This document shows positions 47,456 to 56,761 of a DNA stretch of 64,000 bases, piece by piece. The notes under the pieces are model-generated. The model had not been told where the DNA came from, ran no database searches, and saw nothing but the letters and a program-made list of their open reading frames with translations. The stretch comes from Alphaproteobacteria bacterium (lineage in GTDB: Bacteria; Pseudomonadota; Alphaproteobacteria; UBA8366; GCA-2717185). The stretch spans positions 105,368 through 169,367 of the forward strand of contig JBBDQU010000005.1 in assembly GCA_040905865.1 (NCBI GenBank). Direction: 5' to 3'. The first letter of the stretch is position 1. Each line of letters begins with the position of its first letter. The translations under genes and the position numbers were made by a program.

Positions 47456-48304
47456 TTACGGTTCGAACCGCCGGTTCAGTTCCGCGTTTGAAAAACTGTC
47501 CTTCGCATACCCGAATGTGCCGCCATCGCGCAGTTCTGCCGCCGCGTGCTGCACCAGTTTCAGGCAGGCGCGGGCGAGGCTGCCGCCGATGGAGACGCGG
47601 GCGACGCCGAGTTCCTGCAGTCGGGCCGTCGGCGGCGTAGTCGCCCCGGCGAGGATGTTGAGCGGCCCCTCGACCGCCTGCGCCAGCCGCCCGATCAGAT
47701 CCGCATCCGCGATGCCGGGGATATAGACACTGCGCGCGCCGGCGGCATAGCAGGCATTGCAGCGGGCGACGGCGTCTTCGAACATCGCACCTGTCCGTTC
47801 GCCGCCGGCGATCAGGTAGACGTCGACCCGGGCATTGATGACGAAGGGGATGTCCAGCGCATCCGCGACCTCGCGCCCCGCCCGGATGCGGTCCACGCAA
47901 AGCGCCGGATCCAGCAGGTGCGGTTTCGCGGTACCCACGTCATAGACGCCGTCCTCGATATTCGCGCCGATTGCGCCGGCGGCGATGGCCTGGCGCACGG
48001 TTTCGGCCACGTCGTCCGGCGTCTGCCCGTATCCGCCCTCCATATCCGCCGAAACGGGAATGGAAACCGCATCGGCGCATCGCTTTACCTCGGCGGCCAT
48101 TTCCGCGCGGCTGATCCGGTGCCCATCGGCGAAACCGCGTGAAAAGGCAATCCCGGCGCTGGTGGTGGCGATGGCGGGAAAGCCCGCTTCCGCCAGGATC
48201 AGCGCGCTGCCCGCATCCCAGCAATTGGGCAGGACGAGGATCTCCGGCGCGTGATGCAGGGTCAGGAAGGCCTCGGCTTTCGCTTTTTGCGCGATTTTGT
48301 CCAT
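47456..48304 (-). CDS. isocitrate lyase/PEP mutase superfamily protein (methylisocitrate-lyase/oxaloacetate-decarboxylase-like)
   Basis: Start at ATG 48304 with AGAGGGA upstream. ..LVLPNCWDAGSALILAEAGFPAIATTSAGIAFS.. and ..GANIEDG... Confidence 0.8.
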   Translation of the reverse strand: MDKIAQKAKAEAFLTLHHAPEILVLPNCWDAGSALILAEAGFPAIATTSAGIAFSRGFADGHRISRAEMAAEVKRCADAVSIPVSADMEGGYGQTPDDVAETVRQAIAAGAIGANIEDGVYDVGTAKPHLLDPALCVDRIRAGREVADALDIPFVINARVDVYLIAGGERTGAMFEDAVARCNACYAAGARSVYIPGIADADLIGRLAQAVEGPLNILAGATTPPTARLQELGVARVSIGGSLARACLKLVQHAAAELRDGGTFGYAKDSFSNAELNRRFEP

Positions 48305-48513
48305 GGGTTTCCCTCTTTGCTCCCTGTTTCGCAATACGGATCGGTTTGCCATAGTAACGGATCGGATACATGCCGCGAAAATGGAAACCGGATACAGCCC
48401 GTAACACTGGCTACAGGCAAAAGGATGGGCGTTGCTAAGACGGCGGCCGAAGCATTCGCGGCGCGGCACCGTTAAAGGATATATCCAGGAAACAAGGCAG
48501 AAAGGCGATTTTG

Positions 48514-48969
48514 ATGGCAGGCCTGTATTACGAAGAGTTCGAGATCGGGCATGTTTTCGAACATGCGATCACGCGAACGGTATCGGAGTACGATAATGTC
48601 CTGTTCAGCGCGCTGACGCACAACCCGCAACCGCTGCACCTGGATGAAGAGTTCGCGAAGAAAACCGAATTCGGGCAGCGGCTGGTCAACAGTCTGTATA
48701 CGCTGGGACTGATGATCGGCGTCTCGGTGGACGATACGACCCTGGGCACGACCATCGCCAATCTGGGTATGACCGATGTGAAATTTCCCAAGCCGGTATT
48801 TCACGGCGATACCCTGCGCGCCACCACCACGGTGATCGACAAGCGCGACAGTAAATCCCGGCCCAATGCCGGCGTCGTCGTCTTCGAACACCGGTCCTTC
48901 AACCAGCGTGACGAGGAAGTCGCTTTCTGCGTGCGCTCCGCCTTCATGAAGAAAAAGGAAGCCGCATGA
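48514..48969 (+). CDS. MaoC-like (R)-specific enoyl-CoA hydratase/dehydratase
   Basis: [44 protein letters not shown].. hotdog hydratase pattern. Confidence 0.85.
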   Translation: MAGLYYEEFEIGHVFEHAITRTVSEYDNVLFSALTHNPQPLHLDEEFAKKTEFGQRLVNSLYTLGLMIGVSVDDTTLGTTIANLGMTDVKFPKPVFHGDTLRATTTVIDKRDSKSRPNAGVVVFEHRSFNQRDEEVAFCVRSAFMKKKEAA

Positions 48970-49847
48970 CCCTGCGTTCAATGCTTTTCGTTCCCGGCGA
49001 CAGCGAACGGAAAATGGAAAAGGCGATCACCAACGAAGCCGATGCCCTGATCCTGGACCTGGAGGATTCGGTCTCGCCGGACCGTACGGCGGTGGCCCGG
49101 GGCATGGTGGCGGAGTACCTGTCCGCGCGCGCCGACCGGACGAAACAGCAGCTCTGGGTGCGGATCAATCCGCTGGACACGGACAAGGCAATGCCGGACC
49201 TCGCGGCGGTGATGACCGGCGCGCCGGACGGAATCGTCCTGCCGAAAACCTATTCGGCGAAGGATGCCGTGGCCCTGGCGAACGCCCTGTCGGCGCTGGA
49301 AGCCCGGGACGGTCTGGTGATCGGGTCGACGAGAATTCTGGCGGTAGCGACGGAAACCGCGAAATCGCTGTTCACGCTGAACACCTTTATCGGCGCGACC
49401 GACCGGCTGTATGGCATGACCTGGGGCGCGGAAGACCTGGCGGCGGCGCTCGGCGCCAGCAACAACCGGCTACCCGACGGCAGTTATGACGGCCCCTATC
49501 TGCTGGCCCGGACATTGTGCCTCGCCGCCTGCCGCGCGGCCGAGGTGATGCCGGTGGATACGGTCTTTACCGATTTCCGAAATATCGAGGGGCTGGAGGA
49601 AGAAGCGGGGCAGGCGCGGCGGTCCGGCTTCTTCGGCAAGATGGCGATCCATCCCGACCAGTCGGCGCCGATCAACCGGGCGTTTACGCCGACGGCGGAA
49701 GAAATCGCCCATGCGCAGCGTATCGTCGATGCCTTCGACCGGAACCCCGGGGCCGGTACGATCGGGATCGACGGCATGATGATCGATATGCCGCACCTGA
49801 AGCAGGCGCGCGCGGTGCTGGCGCTTGTGGCGTCGCTGAAGACCTGA
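48966..49847 (+). CDS. HpcH/HpaI aldolase / citrate-lyase-beta-like acyl-CoA lyase (CitE family)
   Basis: [33 protein letters not shown]... The ATGA overlaps the MaoC-like gene. Confidence 0.88.
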   Translation: MTLRSMLFVPGDSERKMEKAITNEADALILDLEDSVSPDRTAVARGMVAEYLSARADRTKQQLWVRINPLDTDKAMPDLAAVMTGAPDGIVLPKTYSAKDAVALANALSALEARDGLVIGSTRILAVATETAKSLFTLNTFIGATDRLYGMTWGAEDLAAALGASNNRLPDGSYDGPYLLARTLCLAACRAAEVMPVDTVFTDFRNIEGLEEEAGQARRSGFFGKMAIHPDQSAPINRAFTPTAEEIAHAQRIVDAFDRNPGAGTIGIDGMMIDMPHLKQARAVLALVASLKT

Positions 49848-49862
49848 TCGACGAGAAAGCGA

Positions 49863-50345
49863 TCAGGATTTGAAGAATGGCCGGGCGGATTTGATCGTTC
49901 GGTTGTGGTTGCGGAATACGAGGCGTCGTCGCGGAAGCATGGCGCCGGATTGACCGCGCGGACGCGTGTTCGCCGCCGGCGCGCGGGCCTCGCAGAGGGC
50001 AGCGGCGCGCGGCCGCAAATCGACGACGCCGTCGGGACAGATCTTTTCGAGGTACCGGGCGCTGATCGGCCGGTTCAGTTCGAACACGGCATGGATATTC
50101 TCAATGCCGAAGGTGGCGGCGCATTTGACCGCCCATTTCAGCGTATTTTCAAAACGTTGCGAGTCGCTTTCCATATTGCGCCGAAAGCTGACCAGTTGCT
50201 CGCCCACGCGATAGCTGCAACTCGCGACGGTAATGATGCCTTCGGGTTCTCCGTCTGGGTCGAACGCGCGGCCCGTAAAGACAAAAACATGATCCCCCAG
50301 GTCCGCAGGAAGGCAATTCATATGATTGTACAAGGTTACGATCAT
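49863..50345 (-). CDS. hypothetical small protein, paralogue 1 of a divergent pair
   Basis: The ATG at 50345 has GAGGAA upstream. The core ..GIITVASCSYRVGEQLVSFRRNMESDSQRFENTLKWAVKCAATFGIENIHAVF.. is homologous to ORF 50702-50971. The extra Arg/Ala/Pro-rich tail of about 65 aa may not be genuine. Confidence 0.6.
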   Translation of the reverse strand: MIVTLYNHMNCLPADLGDHVFVFTGRAFDPDGEPEGIITVASCSYRVGEQLVSFRRNMESDSQRFENTLKWAVKCAATFGIENIHAVFELNRPISARYLEKICPDGVVDLRPRAAALCEARAPAANTRPRGQSGAMLPRRRLVFRNHNRTIKSARPFFKS

Positions 50346-50701
50346 GTTGCAATTTTCCTCTGGTATATACCAAGCAATAACCAAAACTTATCTAAGTAAC
50401 AAATATTTTTTATTAATTTAAAATAAGTTAATAGGTATATTTATTTCATTTAAATTAATGAAAAATATTAAATCGAATTTCAACTAAATATACTGAAAAT
50501 TTCGTGGCACATGTCGGAAGATCGTGCCCATTTCTGGTCGGGCGGCGGATGTACGGCGTACCGAACGGCACCGGTCTGAGAGGCCCGCAAGAGGCGCCTG
50601 CCGGGTTTACCGTTAACAGTCGGTTAACGCTTTTTAGCGATCTTCCGGCTTGTGTCGGCTGCGTCCCGACACTGCTGTGTCAATGATCTGTGAGGGGTGG
50701 A

Positions 50702-50971
50702 ATGGAAATACATCTGGTCGATCCAGCCACCGGATTTCCCGGCGATTCAGGGAACCATATCCGGGTACTGACGGTGCCGCATCCTGTCGATCCCAGGAAA
50801 ATCGTCACCAATGTCATTTGCCGTTACCGGCTGGCGGGCGGCGAGATATCGTTTCAGAAGAACCCGTTCGATTCCGACGAAAGCTTCGAGGACGCACTGA
50901 ATTGGGCGAAGTCCTTCGCGCGCGTATACGGCATCGGCGATATTTACGCGGCAAATTTCGCCCGCCGCTGA
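50702..50971 (+). CDS. hypothetical small protein, paralogue 2 of a divergent pair
   Basis: The ATG at 50702 has GAGGGGTGG upstream. ..KIVTNVICRYRLAGGEISFQKNPFDSDESFEDALNWAKSFARVYGIGDIYAANF... Confidence 0.6.
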   Translation: MEIHLVDPATGFPGDSGNHIRVLTVPHPVDPRKIVTNVICRYRLAGGEISFQKNPFDSDESFEDALNWAKSFARVYGIGDIYAANFARR

Positions 50972-50978
50972 GCGGAGT

Positions 50979-52247
50979 TCAGGCGAAGACGGCCTGCTGC
51001 CTCGTTCGCAGAATAAGGCTTCCGATAATCGCCAGGTTCCCGACATTGAAAGCCGCGCCAATCAGGAATGCCGTATCGTACGAACCGGTCAGGTCGAAAA
51101 CATAACCGCCGACCCAGGCGCCCAGCGCCATGCCGCCGCCGGCGCACAGGATGACAATCCCGGTCCGCCTTCCGGCTTCCGATGCCGGCAGGAATTCGCG
51201 GATGATAACGGGATAAAGGGGTAAGATGCCGCCATACCCCAGTCCGAACAGCGCCGCGATAATATAGATGGCGGTGAGGCTGTCCACGAATGCCAGCGTG
51301 GCGAGGAACAACGCCTGCGCGGAGGAAAATATGAAAATCGCCCGTAAACCGCCGAGCCGGCGGCCCAGGAAACCGACGCCGAAGAAGCTGCTCACTGCCG
51401 CACATGCCAGCATGATCGACAGGACTTCCGCGCCGCGCGCCGGAGAATAGCCGAGGTCGCTGACATGCGATACCACGTGGCCCAGGGGCAGCGACATGGC
51501 GATGCAACACCCGATCGACGCAATGGACAATGTCACCTGCATTGCGCGCGGTGACAGGGGCGCACGCGGCGCCGGGGCGGTGTGTCCTGGTTCGGCGGGG
51601 CCGGAAGCCCTCGGTGCGGCAGGCGCCAGTGCCGCCAGCGCCGCCGGCGGTTTCTGGCGCAGCACGAGAACCAGCGGCAGCATCGTGCCCAGCGCGAACA
51701 CGCCGTACCAGAATGAGGTCTGCCGCCAGCCGATTGTGTCATTGAAGTACTGGAATATCGGCGGCCAGATGGCGCCGGACAACGCCTGTCCCGAGCCCAG
51801 CATGCCGGCGGCCATGCTCTTGTTGTGCTCAAACCAGCGGGTAATATTGGCCATCAGCGGTGAGAACAGCGCGGAGCGGCCGAGGAAGCCCATCAGCACG
51901 CCGTAGATAAAGTAAAGTTCCCATTCATTCGTCACGATACTGGTCAGCATGGCGCCGATGCCGATCATTACGGCGCCGGTTACCGCCGGCATGGTCATGC
52001 CGGTCCGGTCCAGCCAGTACCCCATGAAGACGCCGCCGATGCCCGCGCCGAAATACTGCAGGGAATAGGCAAGCGACGGCACGGCGCGCGGCCAGTCGAA
52101 TTCGGCACTGATCAGTTTGAGGGCGACGACCAGGAAATAAACGCTGCCGGTACCGATGAGCATGAATAGCAGCGACGCCCCCAGGACGACGTTTCGTTTC
52201 ATGGCGGCGCGTTTCAATGCGGCGCGTTCTGATGACGAATCTGGCAT
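50979..52247 (-). CDS. MFS transporter
   Basis: About 12 hydrophobic segments. I prefer the ATG at 52247 (AGGAAAG 6 nt upstream) over the TTG at 52277. Confidence 0.85.
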   Translation of the reverse strand: MPDSSSERAALKRAAMKRNVVLGASLLFMLIGTGSVYFLVVALKLISAEFDWPRAVPSLAYSLQYFGAGIGGVFMGYWLDRTGMTMPAVTGAVMIGIGAMLTSIVTNEWELYFIYGVLMGFLGRSALFSPLMANITRWFEHNKSMAAGMLGSGQALSGAIWPPIFQYFNDTIGWRQTSFWYGVFALGTMLPLVLVLRQKPPAALAALAPAAPRASGPAEPGHTAPAPRAPLSPRAMQVTLSIASIGCCIAMSLPLGHVVSHVSDLGYSPARGAEVLSIMLACAAVSSFFGVGFLGRRLGGLRAIFIFSSAQALFLATLAFVDSLTAIYIIAALFGLGYGGILPLYPVIIREFLPASEAGRRTGIVILCAGGGMALGAWVGGYVFDLTGSYDTAFLIGAAFNVGNLAIIGSLILRTRQQAVFA

Positions 52248-52404
52248 TCGGCTTTCCTGTTCCTTAACCGAATACAACTTAAATCATGCCGCGTTTGACC
52301 GGGTGTGGGTGACGGTGGCCGCAACTGCGATTTGAAGCTTGAATGCGGGTGCAATTTATGACTAGTAATCATACTGTTACAGGGTAGGCAAGGGCCAGTT
52401 TAAA

Positions 52405-53583
52405 GTGGCGTTGGAGATTTCACGACAATATCTGAGGTTTGTCGATGACGAACTGATTCGTTTGTGGCGTCTCGGTCGCAACGCCATTGTCGCGTGGAGT
52501 CCCACGGATGAAGGCTTGGATGTTCTGGCGGTGCCGCAATACCTGCTGCCCAACCTTTTCAATAACCATGAGGAAATACTGGTCGGTGCGATGCAGCGCA
52601 GCAGCAAGGAACTGGCGCTGATTTCGGATATCTGTGAAATCGAACCGTACCGGATCGTCATTCCGCCGGCCATCCGCAGCAACAGCATCGGCACGCGGGC
52701 GCTGGAATACCTGACCCGGCGTTTTGGCATTACCAAGCTTGCGAACAAGGCGGTCGTCCTTTTCGATATCGTGGGGTTTTCGCGGTATTCGCCGCTCGAA
52801 CAGGTTACGGCGCTGAACAGTCTGTCCTATTCCATCAACGTCGCCTATCAGCGGACGGTCGAGAACAAGCTGGATGTATCGCTGTGCCATTCGACGACAG
52901 GCGACGGTTTCTATGTCTGGAACCGGGCCGAGGGAGTCGATGCGAATATCGACCTATTCTGTTTTCTGATGCTCGTGCTCGCCGACAACTCGTTGGGGCA
53001 GCGCAAGGGGATTGCGACGACGGTCCCGGTATTGCGGACGGGATTTCATGTCGGTGACTGCTTTGAATATTTTCTGGCGGAAGGCGCCCGACCGGGCACC
53101 GGCAGCTATATCGTCGGTAACGCGACGATCCAACTGGCCCGGATGGTTGAAATTGCGCTGCAGAACCAGATTCTGATCGGTGACTTCAAAGTCACCTCAG
53201 GAGCCGGGGCAGGCGTGAATACGGACATGGAAAATTATGACGCGGTAGCCTTTCTGGAAAAGGCGCAGAAACGCCTGATTGAATTCAAGGATGTAAACCT
53301 GTCCCGGGAAAAAGTGTCCGGAATAAAGTGCTACCTGACCGGTCATGCCGAAGCCGGCGGGAAATTCAATATCTGCCGCTACCGGTTCAGCGACAAACAT
53401 AATTTTCAGCATTCCGTCTTCAATGCCAAGGTCAATGTCTATCGCGCGAATAACGAGCAGATCTTCCTCGGTCGGTTGACCAAGGATCTGACCGAATTTT
53501 CCGCCGATGAAATAATTCTTCGACCGGATGCCGTCGCCGGGCCGAGTGAGGTCGCGGTGCCGGTGCCGGGAACCGCGGAATAG
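52405..53583 (+). CDS. divergent class III nucleotidyl-cyclase-homology-domain protein with an unknown N-terminal domain of about 110 aa
   Basis: The by-eye alignment to cyclase motifs is AVVLFDIVGFS (metal Asp), TTGDGFYVWN (second Asp), LRTGFHVGDCFEY, and GNATIQLARMVEIA (Arg present; Asn position reads Gln). GTG start. GC is lower than in neighbours. Confidence 0.65.
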   Translation: MALEISRQYLRFVDDELIRLWRLGRNAIVAWSPTDEGLDVLAVPQYLLPNLFNNHEEILVGAMQRSSKELALISDICEIEPYRIVIPPAIRSNSIGTRALEYLTRRFGITKLANKAVVLFDIVGFSRYSPLEQVTALNSLSYSINVAYQRTVENKLDVSLCHSTTGDGFYVWNRAEGVDANIDLFCFLMLVLADNSLGQRKGIATTVPVLRTGFHVGDCFEYFLAEGARPGTGSYIVGNATIQLARMVEIALQNQILIGDFKVTSGAGAGVNTDMENYDAVAFLEKAQKRLIEFKDVNLSREKVSGIKCYLTGHAEAGGKFNICRYRFSDKHNFQHSVFNAKVNVYRANNEQIFLGRLTKDLTEFSADEIILRPDAVAGPSEVAVPVPGTAE

Positions 53584-53646
53584 GACGCGACGGTTGGCGC
53601 GTTCGACCTGTCCTCCGTTTTTGCCCCCACCGGTCGGGTATTAGGT

Positions 53647-54282
53647 GTGCGCCGGGTGGGGCCCTTCGCGCCGCTGACGGCGCAGGTACGGCGGCAGAGT
53701 CTCGATGCGATACTGGCAAGGGGGGAGGACGAAATCCGCGTATTCGTTTACGGCTCCCTCATGTGGGATGCGGCATACCGGAATTTTGACCGATCAAATG
53801 CATTATTGCCGGGGTACCGGCGCTCATTCTGCGTCTGGACAGCGCATGCCCGCGGGACTCCGGAATTACCGGGACTCGGTCTCGGGCTGCGCCGCGACGC
53901 GGGGGCGCGATGCGGTGGCGTTCTGATCCGGCTGTCGGCAGTCGCGCATCGCGAGATTCTGGAGGCGTTGTGGGAGCGTGAAATGTGGACCGGCGTCTAC
54001 GATCCCGAACGGGTCGCCATAATCACGGATGACGGCCCCGCGACCGCGCTGGCCTTCATTGTCAACCGGCGACACCCGCAATTTGCCGGCGACCTGGCGC
54101 CGGCGGAAGCCGCGCGCCATATTGCCCTGGCAGAGGGGGTATTCGGCACCTGCCGGGAGTATTTTTACGCGACGGAACGCGCCCTCCGGGATATCCCCGG
54201 GACGACCAAGGAATTTGCACTCCTGGGAAGGCTGGTGCGCCGGGAGGCTGCCCGAGCAGCGGGCGATGCGCCGTCAGGCTGA
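53647..54282 (+). CDS. ChaC-family gamma-glutamylcyclotransferase
   Basis: VFVYGSLMWD motif and about 210 aa, the typical ChaC size. Confidence 0.8.
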   Translation: MRRVGPFAPLTAQVRRQSLDAILARGEDEIRVFVYGSLMWDAAYRNFDRSNALLPGYRRSFCVWTAHARGTPELPGLGLGLRRDAGARCGGVLIRLSAVAHREILEALWEREMWTGVYDPERVAIITDDGPATALAFIVNRRHPQFAGDLAPAEAARHIALAEGVFGTCREYFYATERALRDIPGTTKEFALLGRLVRREAARAAGDAPSG

Positions 54283-54744
54283 CCGCTTGCGTCTTTGATC
54301 CGGACTTTTCGGCGTGCTATCCGCCAAAGGCGTGTCCTTGGCCAGCGCCTTGGCGAGATTGAACATCGATTTGCGGGTTTGCGGGTCATCGATTGAGCTG
54401 TAGGCGCGCAGAAGATCCACCGATACCGGTTCGAACAGCGCGTCTTCCGTTAATGTGCCAAGGTCGCCCGTCTCCCTGGCGTCGGGACTCGTCGCCTGCG
54501 CAATGTCGGCCGGGAGGTCGTCGAAAAAATAGGAAACAGGCACATCCAGAACTTCGCTCAGTTCGAAGAGCCGGCTGGCGCCGATCCGGTTGGCGCCGCG
54601 CTCGTACTTCTGGATCTGCTGAAACGTGAGTCCAATGGATTCGCCGAGCATCGTCTGGCTCAGCGACAGCATCTTGCGCCGGATGCGAAGGCGTTTGCCA
54701 ACATGTGTGTCAATGGGATGGAAAGACTTTCTGGAGGTGGTCAT
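54274..54744 (-). CDS. XRE-family helix-turn-helix transcriptional regulator
   Basis: ..HVGKRLRIRRKMLSLSQTMLGESIGLTFQQIQKYERGANRIGASRLFELSEVLDVPVSYFF.. (HTH_3). Confidence 0.88.
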   Translation of the reverse strand: MTTSRKSFHPIDTHVGKRLRIRRKMLSLSQTMLGESIGLTFQQIQKYERGANRIGASRLFELSEVLDVPVSYFFDDLPADIAQATSPDARETGDLGTLTEDALFEPVSVDLLRAYSSIDDPQTRKSMFNLAKALAKDTPLADSTPKSPDQRRKRSA

Positions 54745-54813
54745 GTTTCCCGTTCCGGTTTTTCTGCATTATTTGTTTACAGCCGTTCAACTAAGCGAAG
54801 CATCCTATTCTAC

Positions 54814-54890
54814 AGCACATCCGGTTTGAAGGGAACCGCGACAGGTTCCCTTCACACCTGTGACGGTGCTTTACTTTCTGTAAGATAGAT
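54814..54890 (+). repeat. long hairpin repeat, family 2, copy B
   Basis: AGCAC..GGTTTGAAGGGAACC-gcgaca-GGTTCCCTTCACACC..GTGCT then ..AGATAGAT. Same architecture as 16939-17017. Confidence 0.75.
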
Positions 54891-55413
54891 ACGGTTGTGG
54901 CGGATCATGACAGTTGGTTAATTTTGTTAATTAATCTGGTTAATTAGAAAAATCTGCTATTTCTGTGATGAAAGTTTGCATTTTAATAAAAAATATCTGG
55001 CGCTTGTTCTGCAAGCCGGACACTGTGCCGGAAAGGTGTCGGCGTTATTCCCTACTATCCCTGTAGCGACAATTACTTTATTGTCGAAGGATTAAATTCC
55101 AATTTAGAATTTGCATATAAATTCTGCAATAACTATATGAAATTAAATATAAAATTTTTCATTTGGCCGTGCCGCGCCGACGTCCGATAACTACATCGGC
55201 GAAGGTGGTGGCCGCAGGTTCCCGGCATCGGAAACGCGGCTCGCCGATGGTCCGGAAAATGGCGCAAGGAGTAGCAGCTTCGATCCTCAATTACCCTGCA
55301 ACGGCAGTTCATCCATTTGGGCGACGCGGAAAACCGCGCGTCAAATAAGGTGTCGCCCGGAATTCGTTCCGCCATGCGAAACGAGTGATCGAGTTGATGG
55401 GATACGAAATAGA

Positions 55414-56676
55414 GTGGCTGAGCGAAAACAACCCGGGCAGGCCTCGACCGGCATGCATCGCCTCTTGGATGAGGCGATGCAGCTCAGTAAGGCGCTGGAC
55501 GTCATCGTTGCCTCTCAGGGTAGCAGTTCGTCAGCCGTGGGGCCGCTTGTTCGGGAACTGTCGGCCATCCACCGTCTTCTCGCCGCCGGATACCGCGACG
55601 CCGACGAGACCGGCGCGGAATCGCCGCCGGGGGCCGGCCGTCCGGTCAACCCTGAAGTGGAGGAACTGAGCGGGCGGATCGCGCGCACTGATGAACGCCT
55701 CGACGCCATCAAGTCATCGGTGTTCCAGCTTATGGAACTGATCGAAAACAGGTCGCGTAACACGCCCCGGCCGAAAGCGGCATCGGCAACCCCGGAAACC
55801 ACCGGCGCGGGGAGATCCGCCACCGCCAAAAGCGACGCTGAGAAAACGGTGACGCGCGCGCAACTGAATCAGCTGAAAAGCCGCAACACCGAACTGGAAC
55901 GCGAAGTATCGCGCCATCGCGATGTGGAGGTCAGCCTGCTCACGACGATGCGGGATATCCGCGCGGCAAGCCAGGCGAAAAGCGAGTTCCTGGCGAATAT
56001 GAGCCACGAGTTGCGGACGCCGCTGAACGCGATCATTGGTTTCGCGGAAATCATGGAGTCGCAGCTGGTCGGGCCGCTGGGTTCCGAACAGTATGTCGGC
56101 TACGCCAAGGATGTGCGGGAAAGCGGCCAGTACCTACTGGAACTGATCAACGATATCCTCGACCTGTCCAAGATTGAATCGGGGCAGCTTGAATTCGTCG
56201 AGGACGTCGTCGACCTGCGCGATTCCGTCGAAGTCTGCATGCGAATGATCGCGGATCAGGCGGAAGAAGCCGGGCTGAAAACGAGCCTCGATATTGCAGC
56301 GGATATTCCGAACATGCGCGCAAATACGCGGATGATCCGCCAGATCTTGCTGAACCTGCTGTCCAATGCGGTCAAGTTCACGCCCTCCGGCGGTGAAATC
56401 GGCATTTCGCTTTTCCGGGAGGACAGAACCGGCGACATCATGGTCGTGGTCAAGGACAATGGAATCGGCATCGCCCAGCGGAACATCGCACGTGTCATGC
56501 GGCCTTTTGAACAGGTGGAAGGTACCGCACGCGATACGACCCATCGCGGCACCGGACTTGGCCTGCCCATGGCGAAGTCCCTCGTCGAACTGCATGGCGG
56601 CACCTTCACGCTGGATAGCGTCGTCGACGAGGGCACGACGATCACATTGCGCTTCCCCGCAAAGCGCGCCGCATGA
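55414..56676 (+). CDS. soluble sensor histidine kinase (coiled coil, HisKA, HATPase_c)
   Basis: H-box SEFLANMSHELRTPLNAIIGF. N, G1 and G2 boxes (LLNLLSNAVKFT, DNGIGI, GTGLGL). No TM segments. The start may be GTG 55414 or ATG 55453. Confidence 0.88.
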   Translation: MAERKQPGQASTGMHRLLDEAMQLSKALDVIVASQGSSSSAVGPLVRELSAIHRLLAAGYRDADETGAESPPGAGRPVNPEVEELSGRIARTDERLDAIKSSVFQLMELIENRSRNTPRPKAASATPETTGAGRSATAKSDAEKTVTRAQLNQLKSRNTELEREVSRHRDVEVSLLTTMRDIRAASQAKSEFLANMSHELRTPLNAIIGFAEIMESQLVGPLGSEQYVGYAKDVRESGQYLLELINDILDLSKIESGQLEFVEDVVDLRDSVEVCMRMIADQAEEAGLKTSLDIAADIPNMRANTRMIRQILLNLLSNAVKFTPSGGEIGISLFREDRTGDIMVVVKDNGIGIAQRNIARVMRPFEQVEGTARDTTHRGTGLGLPMAKSLVELHGGTFTLDSVVDEGTTITLRFPAKRAA

Positions 56677-56761
56677 TCCCCTTGTAGCCACTTCCCCGCC
56701 GGCTGCGGTATGCTGCCCGTTTGAACGGTAAACCCGCAGGCATAAAAGGGGAGCATTATCC

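Noticed and set aside
47456-48304. The ICL/PEP-mutase-family gene near radical SAM and TPP genes was considered as the seed of a phosphonate biosynthetic cluster.
   Set aside because: The sequence at the diagnostic position reads IEDGVYDVG rather than the PepM-type EDK-x5-NS motif that I remember. It sits with CoA-ester catabolic genes, and the TPP genes are E1-type or ALS-type in separate operons.
52405-54282. The cyclase-like gene plus downstream gene were considered as a complete Pycsar/CBASS-type defence operon.
   Set aside because: No recognisable effector (TM, TIR, nuclease, patatin) and no cyclic-nucleotide-sensing domain is present. The downstream ChaC-like gene has host-like composition and normal ChaC length. 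The cyclase is kept only as an orphan-cyclase observation.
54917-54945. TTAA-rich GTTAATT repeats considered as CtrA boxes (TTAA-N7-TTAA).
   Set aside because: The spacings between TTAA half-sites are 5 and 9 nt, never 7. There is no match to the full-site geometry.
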